A stretch of 64,000 bases of DNA from Candidatus Latescibacterota bacterium. Its GTDB lineage: Bacteria; Latescibacterota; UBA2968; UBA8231. The number at the start of each line of letters is the position of its first letter. Position 1 is the stretch's first letter. The position numbers and the translations under genes were made by a program. Where the stretch lies: contig OZ244561.1 of assembly GCA_965217585.1 (NCBI GenBank), positions 224,001-288,000 of the forward strand, given 5' to 3'. The notes under the pieces are model-generated. The model saw only the letters and a program-made list of their open reading frames with translations. It was not told where the DNA came from and searched no databases. This document shows positions 36,011 through 45,664 of this stretch, piece by piece.

Positions 36011-38284
36011 ATGCGTGCCAAAATGTATCCACTGACAAAGACGCCAACACGCTTAGTTATCGCGCTCGCCGCCTTGTCGGGCTGCACCTCCGAGCCGCCT
36101 CTTCCCGCGCAGAGCGCGCAGCGCTACGAACAGGCCCGCCAACACCTAGCGGCCGGCCGTTTGGACACCGCCGCCCACGTGCTCGAAGCACTCGTCCAGC
36201 GCGATACCCTGCACTACGAGGCCGCGCTCGCGCTCGGGGAAATCTACCTGCGGCAACGGCGCTACCAACAAGCCTTGTCGCCGCTCGCCCGTGCGCAGAA
36301 GCTCGCGCCCGAGCGCATTGAGGCCCGGTTGCAATTGGCCCAAACCCTCAATAAACTCGGGCGTCAAGCCGAGGCCCGCGCCCTTTTCGACGCCCTCGTG
36401 GAGGCCTTCCCCGGCAACGCGGTCGCCTGCATGGCATACGCCGACCTCCTGATGACGCAAGACCAACCCGACGCCGAGGGTGCCCTCGCCCAGTACGAAG
36501 CCATCCTCGCCGTCGATCCCAAGCACTACCGAGCACGCTCTGGCAAGGCCGCCTCGCTCTTGCGCTTGGGCGACTTTGCTGACGCAGCCGCCCGCCTCGA
36601 CAGCTTACTCGCCGAGCGGCCGACCAACGTATATCTATCCTTCCTGTTGGGCGCGGCCCACCACCACTTGCGCCAATACGCCGAGGCCGTCGCCGCGTAC
36701 AAGCGCTCCATTGACGTCCTGCCCCCGACCTCGCCGCAGCGCACCGTGCGCCAATGGAACCTGCGGCTGGCCTATATCGAGGCGTATGGCACCTACCCAG
36801 GCGACCTCGAACCGGCCTATCAAATCGGCTTGGCTCCGCTGGCCGAGGCATCGCCGGTGCGCTTCACCGATGTGGCCGCAACAGCCGGCGTCGGCAAGCG
36901 CGATCGAGGACGCGGCGTGGCGTGGCTCGACTACGACACCGACGGCGACTCGGACCTCTTCGCTGCGGGCATCCAAACCTCGCACGCACTCTACCGCAAC
37001 GACGGCGACGGCCGCTTTGCCGACGTATCTACCGCAGCCGACCTCGCAGACCCGAGCGGCGGCTGGGCGGCCATTGCCGCAGACTACGATGGCGACGGTC
37101 ACCCCGACCTCTTTGCCACTCGCGAGGCTTGGGAGGGCCTCGCGCCCAACTCGCTCTATCGCAACCAAGGCGATGGAACCTTTCGCGATGTCGCGCCTCA
37201 AGCCGGAGTCGCTGGCACAGACGACAGCTTCATGGCCGTCTGGACCGACTACGACAACGACGGCCTGCCGGATCTGTACGTGGCCTCGGGCATCACCGGC
37301 AGCGGGCGGCCCAACCGCCTGTACCACAACCAAGGAGATGGCACCTTTACCGACCGCGGCGCGCAGGCCGGGGTGGACTACCGCGGCAAAACCCTCGGCG
37401 TGACCTGCGGTGACTACGACGGCGACGGCGATAGCGACCTCTACGCCATTGATGTCGCCGCCCCCAACCACCTCTACCGCAACGACGGGCGGCACTTCAG
37501 CGACGTCACCGCCGAGGCTGGCGTGGCCAAACCGGGCGAGGGCAGCTACGTGGGATTTTTCATCGACGGCGACGGCGACGGCGACCGCGACCTCTTCGTC
37601 TCGGCCATGAACTTTTACGAAGACATCGTGCAATCGCAGGTCACGGGGCTGGCCCTGCGCCCGACCCGCGCTTATCTATACCGCAACGACGGAACGACCT
37701 TCCGCGACATCGCTCCCCAGCAGGGATTGGCCCGCTCCTTTGGCTCGATGGGCGCGGGCTATGGCGACGTGGACTACGACGGTCTAATCGACATCTACCT
37801 GACCAACGGCGGCCCCCTAATGGCGCGCTTTGAACCCAACACCCTGTTCCACAACCGCGGCGACCGCTTTGCCGACATCACGGCCGCGGCTGGCGTCGGC
37901 AACCCAGGCAAGGGGCACGGCGTGGGTTTTGCCGACTATGACCTCGACGGCGATCTCGACCTCTATACCGCGGTCGGCGGCCATTACCCAGGCGACCTGT
38001 GGGCCAACAGCTTGTACCGCAACGAGGGTCATTCCAACCACTTCCTCGGCGTGGATTTAGGACCTCAAGCCATCGGCGCACAGTTGCGCCTGCGCGCCCA
38101 AGATCTGCTCGGGGTCGTGGAAATCAGCAGCGGTCCGGGGTTTGGGTCGTCCAACAGCTTGTCCCCAGCCCTCGGTTTGGGGGCGCGTACCCGCGTCGAT
38201 ACCCTAGAAATCCGCTGGCCCAACGGCGCACAGCAAGTGTATGCCGATCTGGAAATTGACCGTTTCCACCGCTTTGCCGAGTAG
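36011..38284 (+). CDS. TPR plus FG-GAP/ASPIC-UnbV (CRTAC1-like) lipoprotein
   Basis: Lipobox LSGC; N-terminal TPRs, DYDxDG repeats; start reassigned to ATG 36011 or 36023. Confidence 0.88.
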   Translation: MRAKMYPLTKTPTRLVIALAALSGCTSEPPLPAQSAQRYEQARQHLAAGRLDTAAHVLEALVQRDTLHYEAALALGEIYLRQRRYQQALSPLARAQKLAPERIEARLQLAQTLNKLGRQAEARALFDALVEAFPGNAVACMAYADLLMTQDQPDAEGALAQYEAILAVDPKHYRARSGKAASLLRLGDFADAAARLDSLLAERPTNVYLSFLLGAAHHHLRQYAEAVAAYKRSIDVLPPTSPQRTVRQWNLRLAYIEAYGTYPGDLEPAYQIGLAPLAEASPVRFTDVAATAGVGKRDRGRGVAWLDYDTDGDSDLFAAGIQTSHALYRNDGDGRFADVSTAADLADPSGGWAAIAADYDGDGHPDLFATREAWEGLAPNSLYRNQGDGTFRDVAPQAGVAGTDDSFMAVWTDYDNDGLPDLYVASGITGSGRPNRLYHNQGDGTFTDRGAQAGVDYRGKTLGVTCGDYDGDGDSDLYAIDVAAPNHLYRNDGRHFSDVTAEAGVAKPGEGSYVGFFIDGDGDGDRDLFVSAMNFYEDIVQSQVTGLALRPTRAYLYRNDGTTFRDIAPQQGLARSFGSMGAGYGDVDYDGLIDIYLTNGGPLMARFEPNTLFHNRGDRFADITAAAGVGNPGKGHGVGFADYDLDGDLDLYTAVGGHYPGDLWANSLYRNEGHSNHFLGVDLGPQAIGAQLRLRAQDLLGVVEISSGPGFGSSNSLSPALGLGARTRVDTLEIRWPNGAQQVYADLEIDRFHRFAE

Positions 38285-38291
38285 CCCTGAG

Positions 38292-39503
38292 ATGGCGTGG
38301 CGACTGCTCTGCGCGGCATTTGCGCTCGCCTCCTGCGCCTCCGAGCCCGTGCCGGCACCGGATGCAGCCGATCACCTCGCCCGTGCCCGCGCTCACTTTG
38401 CGGCGACCCGCTTTGAAGAAGCGGCCGCCGCCGCCCGCGCCGGGTTAGCCATCGACTCGACGAATGCAGACCTCCACAATGTGCTGGCCTCGTCTCACGC
38501 GGCTCAGGGGCGCTACGCACTGGCCATAGAATCCCTCGAAACAACCGTCCGTCTCAAGCCCGATTACGCCATGGGCTTTGTGAACCTCGGCGGGATTTAC
38601 ACCAAGCTGGGCCAGTACGATCGCGCCGACACCTATCTCCAGCGCGCCGTCCAGCTCAGTCCCGACAACTCACCCGTGCGCCGACGCTTGGGCGAGTTGT
38701 ACTTGTCCACGGGCCGCTACGCCGAGGCCACCCGCGAACTGCTCGAAGCCCTGCGCCTCTTTCCCAACGACGCCACGCTCTACTACTACCTCGGCCAAAG
38801 CCTTGCGTCCGAGGGTCGGCAGGACGATGCCTTGGAGGCCTTTCAGCGCGCCACCTTGCTCGACATCGGCTTTGCCGACGCCTTCTATCGCCTCGCTACC
38901 CTCGCCCGCAAGGCCGGCCACGCCACCTTGGCGCAGCAGGCCCTGACGAGCTTTAAGCACCTGCAAGCGCTCAGCGGCAAGGAGGTCAAGCGGCTGCGCG
39001 CAGCCATCCTCAACGCGCCCGAAGAAGCCGCTCATCACTACAACCTCGGCCTGTTCTTCGTCCGGCACGGGTACTTTGCTCAAGCCGAGAACAAATTCGA
39101 CCGGGCCGTCGCCCTGCGTCCCGGGGACCTCGCCCTGCTCAACCGCCTTGCCGGCGACCTCCTGACACTGCAACAGCCCGAAGCCGCGCTGCGCTACTTA
39201 CAGGTCGCCCTCGACCAAGACCCAGCGCATTTTCCCGCCTTGCTCAATGCCGGCCACATCGCCGGCCAACTCGGACGCTACGACGAGGCCGTTGCCTACT
39301 GCCGCCGAGCGGTTGCGGCGCGCCCCGACGACGCCGAGGGCTGGTACCTCCTCGGCTTGGGCCTGTTCAGCAATGGGGAACGCGCAGCCGCTGAACAGGC
39401 ATTGCGCCGCAGCCTAGCGCTGAGCGCGGACGCCGAGACGCTGCGGACTAAGACCCAGCAACTTCTCAACACCCTGCAACAACAATCCACAGAAACGCCG
39501 TGA
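38292..39503 (+). CDS. TPR-repeat lipoprotein
   Basis: Lipobox LASC; TPR repeats. Confidence 0.88.
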   Translation: MAWRLLCAAFALASCASEPVPAPDAADHLARARAHFAATRFEEAAAAARAGLAIDSTNADLHNVLASSHAAQGRYALAIESLETTVRLKPDYAMGFVNLGGIYTKLGQYDRADTYLQRAVQLSPDNSPVRRRLGELYLSTGRYAEATRELLEALRLFPNDATLYYYLGQSLASEGRQDDALEAFQRATLLDIGFADAFYRLATLARKAGHATLAQQALTSFKHLQALSGKEVKRLRAAILNAPEEAAHHYNLGLFFVRHGYFAQAENKFDRAVALRPGDLALLNRLAGDLLTLQQPEAALRYLQVALDQDPAHFPALLNAGHIAGQLGRYDEAVAYCRRAVAARPDDAEGWYLLGLGLFSNGERAAAEQALRRSLALSADAETLRTKTQQLLNTLQQQSTETP

Positions 39504-40312
39504 CCGCACTACTTCCGCTCTTTTTGCCCCTCGCCCTCTCTTTTGCTTGTAGCGGGCCAGATCCCCGCGCCGAAGATTGGTCCCAACACTATCAAGCCGG
39601 TCTCACAGCTCTCGGCCAGAGCCGCTTTGCCGAGGCCGAACAAGCCCTATCCCACGCCCTGACTATAGCCGAGACCTTTGCCCCCGACGACCCGCGCTAC
39701 GGCCGTACCGCCCACCAGCTCGCCCAGCTCCACGTCGTGCGCGGCGAACTCGCACGGGCCGAAAGCCTCTACCAACACTTGCGCGAGCGGCAAGCGGCTC
39801 TCCCGGACGACCATCCCGACAAGATGTTGACGCTCGACAAGCTGGGCGACACCTATCGACTCCAGCAGAGACCAAGCGAGGCCACCGCGCTCTACGGCCG
39901 CGTCCTCGCCTTTCAGCAGGCGCACCGAGGCGATGAAGAAGTCGCAGCGACCATGCAGAAGTTATCCGATCTCCGCCGAGCACAGGGCCATCACGCCGCG
40001 GCCGATTCCCTCGCTCAGCGCGCCCATGCCCTCAACCTCCGCGCCCGCGCCCATGCCCTGTTCCTCCAAGGCCACTACCAACAGGCCGCACCCCTGTACC
40101 ACAGCGCCCTGGCCCTGCAAGCGGGCGAGCATCCCGACTTGGCCCGCACCTGTTACTACCTAGGCCGCCTGTACGACGCGCAGGATCGCTATCGGCAGGC
40201 CGAGCACTTCTACCGACGTGCCCTCGCCGCGTCTCCCGCCAGCGACCCCGACCAGGTCGGCGCAGCACTCGCCGACCTACTTGCCCGCAAGGCTGCATCC
40301 GCCCATCCCTAA
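39500..40312 (+). CDS. TPR lipoprotein (kinesin-light-chain-like TPR)
   Basis: Lipobox SFAC; DHPD..TLDKLG and EHPDLARTCYYLG. Confidence 0.82.
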   Translation: MTALLPLFLPLALSFACSGPDPRAEDWSQHYQAGLTALGQSRFAEAEQALSHALTIAETFAPDDPRYGRTAHQLAQLHVVRGELARAESLYQHLRERQAALPDDHPDKMLTLDKLGDTYRLQQRPSEATALYGRVLAFQQAHRGDEEVAATMQKLSDLRRAQGHHAAADSLAQRAHALNLRARAHALFLQGHYQQAAPLYHSALALQAGEHPDLARTCYYLGRLYDAQDRYRQAEHFYRRALAASPASDPDQVGAALADLLARKAASAHP

Positions 40313-40332
40313 CGCTCACAGGAGTCTCTTGT

Positions 40333-41334
40333 ATGAACCGTCCCCCCACAGAGTTCAAGCGCATCGCCGCCGCCGACCTCAGAGCCTTTGGCACGGCCTG
40401 CCTGCGCGCCGCTGGCATGTCCGCCGCACACGCCGCACAGTTGGCCGACCTGCTGACCAATTCGGACTTGCGCGGCGTGCGCTCGCACGGCACCCGCGCC
40501 CTATACGGGTATTGCTGCACGCTCCGCGATAAAAAGGCCAACCCCGCCCCAGACATCCGCGTCCTGCGCGAAAGCGACACCCACGTCTTTGTCGATGGCG
40601 ATGGCAGCCTCGGGTACGCGCCGACCATGCTGGCCACGGAACGCGCCATCGCCAAGGCCAAGGAAAAGGGCCTCGCCGTCGGCGCGGCCTGCCACATTGG
40701 ACACTACGGCTCAGCGGGACACTACGTGCGCCGTGCCATGGCGGAAAACTGCGTGGCCTTCTCGGTGCAAGCGGCCTATCCCCAGTACTACCCCAGCAAC
40801 GACGGCAAGCGCGCCGCCCACTACGGCAACCCGCCCTTGTGCTTTGGCCTACCCGGGCAAGAAGGGCCACCGGTGGTGCTCGACGTAGCCACCTGCATCC
40901 TCGCCGACTACCAACGCGGCGAGCCGATCGAAGCCATTGAAGAACTGATCCCGGCGGCCTTCTTTAAATCCATGGGCTACACCGCGGTCGCCACCCTGCT
41001 CGGTGGGGTTTTTGTCGGCCAAGGCGACACCCGCGCCCGCGAGGTCGCCGCGCAATGGCCAGCGGCGCGCATGGGCAGCTTAATTCTCGTCCTCGACTTG
41101 GACCTCTTCGCGCCCGCTCCGCAAGTGCGCCACGGCGTCGATGAGCTGGTGCGCCTAGCGAGCGAGCAGATGATCCCGCTGCGCGGGTACGACGAAGTCA
41201 CCCTGCCTGGCACACCCGAACACCGCAACGAGGAAGCGTACGCACGCGACGGCGTACCCGTCGGCGTAGAGGACATTGAGCGCCTAGCCGAGTGCGGCCG
41301 GGCCTTTGGCGTCGCGCCCCCGTGGCTGGACTAA
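40333..41334 (+). CDS. Ldh_2 family (malate/L-lactate/sulfolactate dehydrogenase-like) oxidoreductase
   Basis: SDLRGVRSHG, VDGDGSLG, HYGSAGHY, GNPPLCFG, VVLDVAT. Confidence 0.9.
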   Translation: MNRPPTEFKRIAAADLRAFGTACLRAAGMSAAHAAQLADLLTNSDLRGVRSHGTRALYGYCCTLRDKKANPAPDIRVLRESDTHVFVDGDGSLGYAPTMLATERAIAKAKEKGLAVGAACHIGHYGSAGHYVRRAMAENCVAFSVQAAYPQYYPSNDGKRAAHYGNPPLCFGLPGQEGPPVVLDVATCILADYQRGEPIEAIEELIPAAFFKSMGYTAVATLLGGVFVGQGDTRAREVAAQWPAARMGSLILVLDLDLFAPAPQVRHGVDELVRLASEQMIPLRGYDEVTLPGTPEHRNEEAYARDGVPVGVEDIERLAECGRAFGVAPPWLD

Positions 41335-41381
41335 CAAAGCGCCGGTTTCTACCTTAACGAACCGCAAAAAGGAGGAATTTT

Positions 41382-42248
41382 ATGAGCCTGACGCGCGCGC
41401 GCCACGCCGAGCTAAAGCGCTATGCCATCCAATTGCGCCGCCTAGTCGTCGAGTCGGTACACCACGCTGGAGCCGGCCACTTGGGCGGCCCCATGTCTGC
41501 AGCCGAACTGCTCGTCGCCCTGTACTTCGCCGAGCTGAACATCGACCCGGCCCAGCCCCGCGACGAAGACCGCGACCGCTTCATCCTGTCCAAAGGGCAT
41601 TCCTCAATTGGCCTCTACGCGGCTTTGGCCCTGCGCGGCTACCTGCCCATTGAAGAACTCGCCACCTTTGACGCCATTGACTCCCGCCTACAGGGCCACC
41701 CGGACATGAGCGTCCTCCCCGGCCTCGACATGTCCACCGGCTCGCTGGGCCAAGGCCTGTCACCCGGCCTCGGCATGGCCCTCGCCGCCCGTCTGCAGGA
41801 GCAGGACTTTCGCACTTGGGTGATGATCGGCGACGGCGACTCTCAGGAGGGGCAGATATGGGAAGCGGCCTTTGTCGCGGCGCGCTACGGCCTCGACAAT
41901 CTCACCGCCATCCTCGACTGGAACGGCCTCCAGCAATACGGCTGGGCCACCGAAAGGGGCTACGACACGCTTGACCGCTTGGCAGCGCAGGAAAATCCAC
42001 TCAGCCGCTGGCGCGCCTTTGGCTGGAACGCCATCGAGACCGACGGCCACGACTTTCCCGCCATTTTCTCGGCCTTTGCCGCGGCCAAAGCACACCGCGG
42101 TCAACCCACCATCATCGTCGCCCGCACGGTCAAGGGCAAAGGGATCTCCTACATGGAAAACGACTTCAACTGGCACTCCAAACCGGTGACCGACCAAGAC
42201 CTCAAACAAGCGCAAGACGAACTCACCGCGCAGGAGGCCGCGCTGTGA
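41382..42248 (+). CDS. Transketolase N-terminal subunit
   Basis: GHLGG, DRDRFILSKGH, STGSLGQG, GDGDSQEGQIWEA. Confidence 0.95.
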   Translation: MSLTRARHAELKRYAIQLRRLVVESVHHAGAGHLGGPMSAAELLVALYFAELNIDPAQPRDEDRDRFILSKGHSSIGLYAALALRGYLPIEELATFDAIDSRLQGHPDMSVLPGLDMSTGSLGQGLSPGLGMALAARLQEQDFRTWVMIGDGDSQEGQIWEAAFVAARYGLDNLTAILDWNGLQQYGWATERGYDTLDRLAAQENPLSRWRAFGWNAIETDGHDFPAIFSAFAAAKAHRGQPTIIVARTVKGKGISYMENDFNWHSKPVTDQDLKQAQDELTAQEAAL

Positions 42249-43192
42249 ACCTGTCCACCACTGGCGAGATGCTGGCCCAGCGCGACGCTTTTGGTGACGC
42301 GCTCATCGAACTCATTGACCGCGATTCGCGCGTGTACGTGCTCGACGGCGACTTGGCCAACTCGACCAAGGCCGACAAAGTCTCCCGCGAGCGGCCCGAC
42401 CGCTTCCTCGAAATGGGCATTGCCGAGCAAAACATGATGGGTGTCGCCGCCGGCATGGCCACCTGCGGCCTCGTGCCGTGGCTGAGCAGTTTCGCCTGTT
42501 TCATCGTCAACCGCGATCTCGATCAACTCCGCATCGTCGTCGCCCAGCCCAACCTACCGGTCAAGCTCTGCGGCGCCTACTCGGGCCTGTTGACCGGCAA
42601 AACCGGCAAAACCCATCAAGAAGTCGCCGACATCTCCGTCATGCGGGCCATGCCGAATATGACCGTTTTAGCTCCGGCCGACGCCGTAGAGGTCCGCGCC
42701 TGTATGCTGGTGGCCAACGACCTGCCCGGCCCCGTGTACGTACGCATGACGCGCGACCCGGAGCCAGTCATCTTTCCAGCGGACTACGAGTTTGAACTGG
42801 GCCGCGCCTTTACCGTGCGCGAGGGCACGGACGTCGCCCTCATATCCACGGGAGCCCAAACCCCGCGCTGCCTCGCCGCGGCCGACGAATTGGCGCACGA
42901 GGGGATCTCGGCGCTCGTCCTGCACGTGCCGACCCTCAAGCCACTCGACGCAGACGCCATTGTCGCCGCGGCCGAGCAGACGGGCCGCGTCGTAACGGCC
43001 GAAGACCACACGATCATCGGCGGCTTGGGCGGCGCGGTCGCCGAGGTGCTGGGCGAGCGGTGCCCCACGCCCATGCGGCGCGTCGGCATCCGCGACGTAT
43101 TCGGCGAATCCGCGCCCAACGAGGATCTGCTGCAAAAATACGGTCTGACCCCCGGGCACGTCGCGCAGGCGGCGCGGGTGCTCCTCTCTTGA
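42245..43192 (+). CDS. Transketolase C-terminal subunit
   Basis: MGIAEQNMMGVAAG, GKTHQ, TLKPLD, EDHTIIGGLG. Confidence 0.95.
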   Translation: MNLSTTGEMLAQRDAFGDALIELIDRDSRVYVLDGDLANSTKADKVSRERPDRFLEMGIAEQNMMGVAAGMATCGLVPWLSSFACFIVNRDLDQLRIVVAQPNLPVKLCGAYSGLLTGKTGKTHQEVADISVMRAMPNMTVLAPADAVEVRACMLVANDLPGPVYVRMTRDPEPVIFPADYEFELGRAFTVREGTDVALISTGAQTPRCLAAADELAHEGISALVLHVPTLKPLDADAIVAAAEQTGRVVTAEDHTIIGGLGGAVAEVLGERCPTPMRRVGIRDVFGESAPNEDLLQKYGLTPGHVAQAARVLLS

Positions 43193-43389
43193 CCACCGTA
43201 TCCAAATACTCGTAATTAAATGTGATTCACTACCGCAACCGATAACCACAAGCTGCTGATGACGCGACATACTGGGTTTGCTTGCCACACAGGGTGTTTG
43301 TTCACCAGCAGAAGCTCATACGAGCCATTAGAGTGCATCTCAGATGCGCTCTTTTTCTTTGGCCGGTGCTACAGGAAACAAGAGGCCGC

Positions 43390-44109
43390 ATGAAAGAGGG
43401 TTTGCTGCAACTGTTGAAGCTCCAAGAAGTCGATAAAAAGCTCTTCGAGCTCGAAGAAGCCAAAGACAAATATCCCGCTGAAATCGACCTGCGTCGCAGC
43501 AGGATAGCAAAAGCGCGGGCCGTCTTGTCCGACCTAGAGGCCCAGAGCGCGGAGTTCGAAAAGCAGCAGCGGCACTGCGAGCGCGAGATCGAAAGTGGCA
43601 AAGCCTCCCTGCGCGAGCGCGAGGGGCGCTTTGCCGTGGTGACCACCAACAAGGAATACGATTCTCTCCAACTCGAGATCGAGATTTGCAAAAAGGACAT
43701 TGCCGAGCACGAGACGCAGTTGCTCAAAGCCTTTGAGGGCCTAGAGCGAATTCAGGAGCAGATCGCCGAAGAACAAGGCGCTTTTGAAGAAGTCCGCGAG
43801 GCCGAGCAAGAGCGCATTGACGAACTCGAAGGCCAGCTCGGCACCATGCAGGAGCAAATCGACGAAGTCGCAGCGAGCCGGCGGATGGTCGCCAAGGGCA
43901 TCGAGGACATCGACACCCAATTGATGCGAACGTACGAACGCAAGAGGGGGCGGCGCGGGATTCGCGTCGCGGCCGTGCGCAAGGATGCTTGCGGCGCTTG
44001 CTTCCACCAGATGCCTGCCCAAATTCGCAACGAGATTCGCATCGGCGGGCGCGTCATCTACTGCGAGAGCTGCGGCACCATCATGGTCTGGGATGAGCAG
44101 TCGGTTTGA
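43390..44109 (+). CDS. C4-type zinc-ribbon coiled-coil protein (DUF164/CT398-like)
   Basis: LLKLQEVD, NKEY..LQ.EI, CGAC...CESCG; start ATG 43390. Confidence 0.9.
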   Translation: MKEGLLQLLKLQEVDKKLFELEEAKDKYPAEIDLRRSRIAKARAVLSDLEAQSAEFEKQQRHCEREIESGKASLREREGRFAVVTTNKEYDSLQLEIEICKKDIAEHETQLLKAFEGLERIQEQIAEEQGAFEEVREAEQERIDELEGQLGTMQEQIDEVAASRRMVAKGIEDIDTQLMRTYERKRGRRGIRVAAVRKDACGACFHQMPAQIRNEIRIGGRVIYCESCGTIMVWDEQSV

Positions 44110-44115
44110 CTTTGT

Positions 44116-44491
44116 GGGAGGAGTAAGTCGGGCGGGCGCGCTAGCGGCCCCTAGCGGCCGCTGGTGAGGAAAGTCCGAGCTCCACAGGACAGGATGCTGG
44201 GTAACGCCCAGGGGGGGCGACCCCACAGACAGTGCCACAGAAAACACACCGCCCAGTTTGCTGGGTAAGGTTGAAAAGGTGAGGTAAGAGCTCACCGCAC
44301 CTGCGGTGACGCAGGTGGCAGGGTAAACCTCATTCGGAGCAAGGCTAAATAGGGGAAAAGAGGTGGTCCGCCTCGCTATATTCCCGGGTAGGCCGCACCG
44401 AGGCGGCCGGGCAACCGCCGCCCCAGATGAATGCCCGCACAGTGCTCTTCAGGTGCATGGACAGAACTCGGCTTATAGACTCACTCCTCCC
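44116..44491 (+). ncRNA. rnpB: RNase P RNA, bacterial type A
   Basis: Conserved GAGGAAAGTCC, AGTGCCACAGAAA, GGTAAAC, GGAGCAAG and ACAGAACTCGGCTTA; P1 pairing GGGAGGAGT/ACTCCTCCC. Confidence 0.97.
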
Positions 44492-44493
44492 AC

Positions 44494-44528
44494 ACCCGGG
44501 GCCCAGCGGCTCCGGGTGATTTTTCTTT
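44494..44528 (+). terminator. Rho-independent terminator after rnpB
   Basis: CACCCGG...CCGGGTG hairpin followed by a T-rich run. Confidence 0.7.
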
Positions 44529-44542
44529 CTTTGGAGAGCTAT

Positions 44543-45664
44543 ATGTTCCCTCTGATCGCCGCGCTAGTGCTGACTGCCGCGCGGCTTCCTGCCCAACAGC
44601 CCGAGCGCTATGCGATCGAGCCTCTGGTCTCGCAGCTAGCCGAAGGCTATATCGACTGGACGCAACACGCGCTCTTTGCCCATGGCGACGGCACCGCGCC
44701 CGCGGCTATCTCCGACCCCGTGCAGCAGCGGCTCCACGGATTGCGCAATGCCCGGGACGCGGCGTTCCACAGCATGCGCGAACTAATCGGCCAAGTCCGC
44801 CTCAACGCCGATACCCAACTGCGAGACGCTGACCCCGATCGCGACTTTCAAGAACTCGCCCGCGCGGCCATTGGCTCGCAAAGCGAGGACCAAGGACGCT
44901 ACCGCATCGCCGTGTGGCTGCCCCTGCTAGGTGATTTCGCGGCTGCGGTGCTGCCCCAAGTTGAGCCTATAGATCCAAGATCATACGACCTGAGCCGCTT
45001 CGACGCCTCCCCCGCAGTACCAGCTACCCCCGATTCGATAACGACACCGGCTACCACCGACTCCCTTACAATGCCAATCGTCGCCGATTCCCTCGCAGTG
45101 CCAGCTACCTCCGATTCGCTAACGACGCCAGCCATCCCCGATTCCCTCGCGGCAGACGAACTCGTGTTTTTCGTGCCCGAGGCACCCTACACGGGTCTGC
45201 TAGTCGATGTTCGCGGGCTCGGTCTGCAACCGAGCATAGCGCCGCGGGTAATCAGCGCGGATGGGCACGTGATTCACGGCGCAGCTACCGTGGACCGCAG
45301 TCTCGCCACGGACTACGGAGTCGCCGGCTACGACGACGACATCGACCGCGCCTACACAAGCGAACGGCTCGGCGGGGAGGAGGCCCACCCTTTCGTCGTC
45401 AAGGCCACGGGCACGGCCGGCCGCTACTCGGGCGACGCCATCCTCGACAACTTCGATGCCGCACAAGTGCTGCAAGCCGACGAGGTCGGCGACTTCTTGC
45501 GCCAAGGTCGGGTGACCTTCCTCCTCGGCCCCGAGCCAGCAGCCTTTGATTCCACTTATGCGGCCTTCGATTCCACCTATACTGATTCTACTATTACGTT
45601 AGAAGGAATGGAATATGAGTTTGAGCTTTACGGAGAAATGGAAGCAAGCGACTCGCCGGAATAA
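44543..45664 (+). CDS. Secreted LPP20-like hypothetical protein with S/T/P-rich repeats
   Basis: Signal peptide; G.IDW....AHGDG.AP and YTGLLVDVRGLGLQPSIAPRV motifs; GGAG RBS before ATG 44543. Confidence 0.7.
   Translation: MFPLIAALVLTAARLPAQQPERYAIEPLVSQLAEGYIDWTQHALFAHGDGTAPAAISDPVQQRLHGLRNARDAAFHSMRELIGQVRLNADTQLRDADPDRDFQELARAAIGSQSEDQGRYRIAVWLPLLGDFAAAVLPQVEPIDPRSYDLSRFDASPAVPATPDSITTPATTDSLTMPIVADSLAVPATSDSLTTPAIPDSLAADELVFFVPEAPYTGLLVDVRGLGLQPSIAPRVISADGHVIHGAATVDRSLATDYGVAGYDDDIDRAYTSERLGGEEAHPFVVKATGTAGRYSGDAILDNFDAAQVLQADEVGDFLRQGRVTFLLGPEPAAFDSTYAAFDSTYTDSTITLEGMEYEFELYGEMEASDSPE
45014..45148 (+). repeat. Five degenerate 27-bp (9-aa) tandem repeats
   Basis: AVPATPDSI TTPATTDSL TMPIVADSL AVPATSDSL TTPAIPDSL. 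Confidence 0.85.

Noticed and set aside
44363-44542. N-terminal extension of ORF 44363-45664
   Set aside because: It overlaps rnpB and its terminator; the real start is ATG 44543 with an RBS.
45014-45148. Repeat array as CRISPR
   Set aside because: In-frame degenerate coding repeats without spacers; no cas genes and no CRISPR array seen in the window.
45615-45664. 50-bp overlap between the LPP20-like gene and pyrF as a recoding signal
   Set aside because: More simply explained by a low-complexity C-terminal extension of the upstream gene; pyrF has its own RBS.
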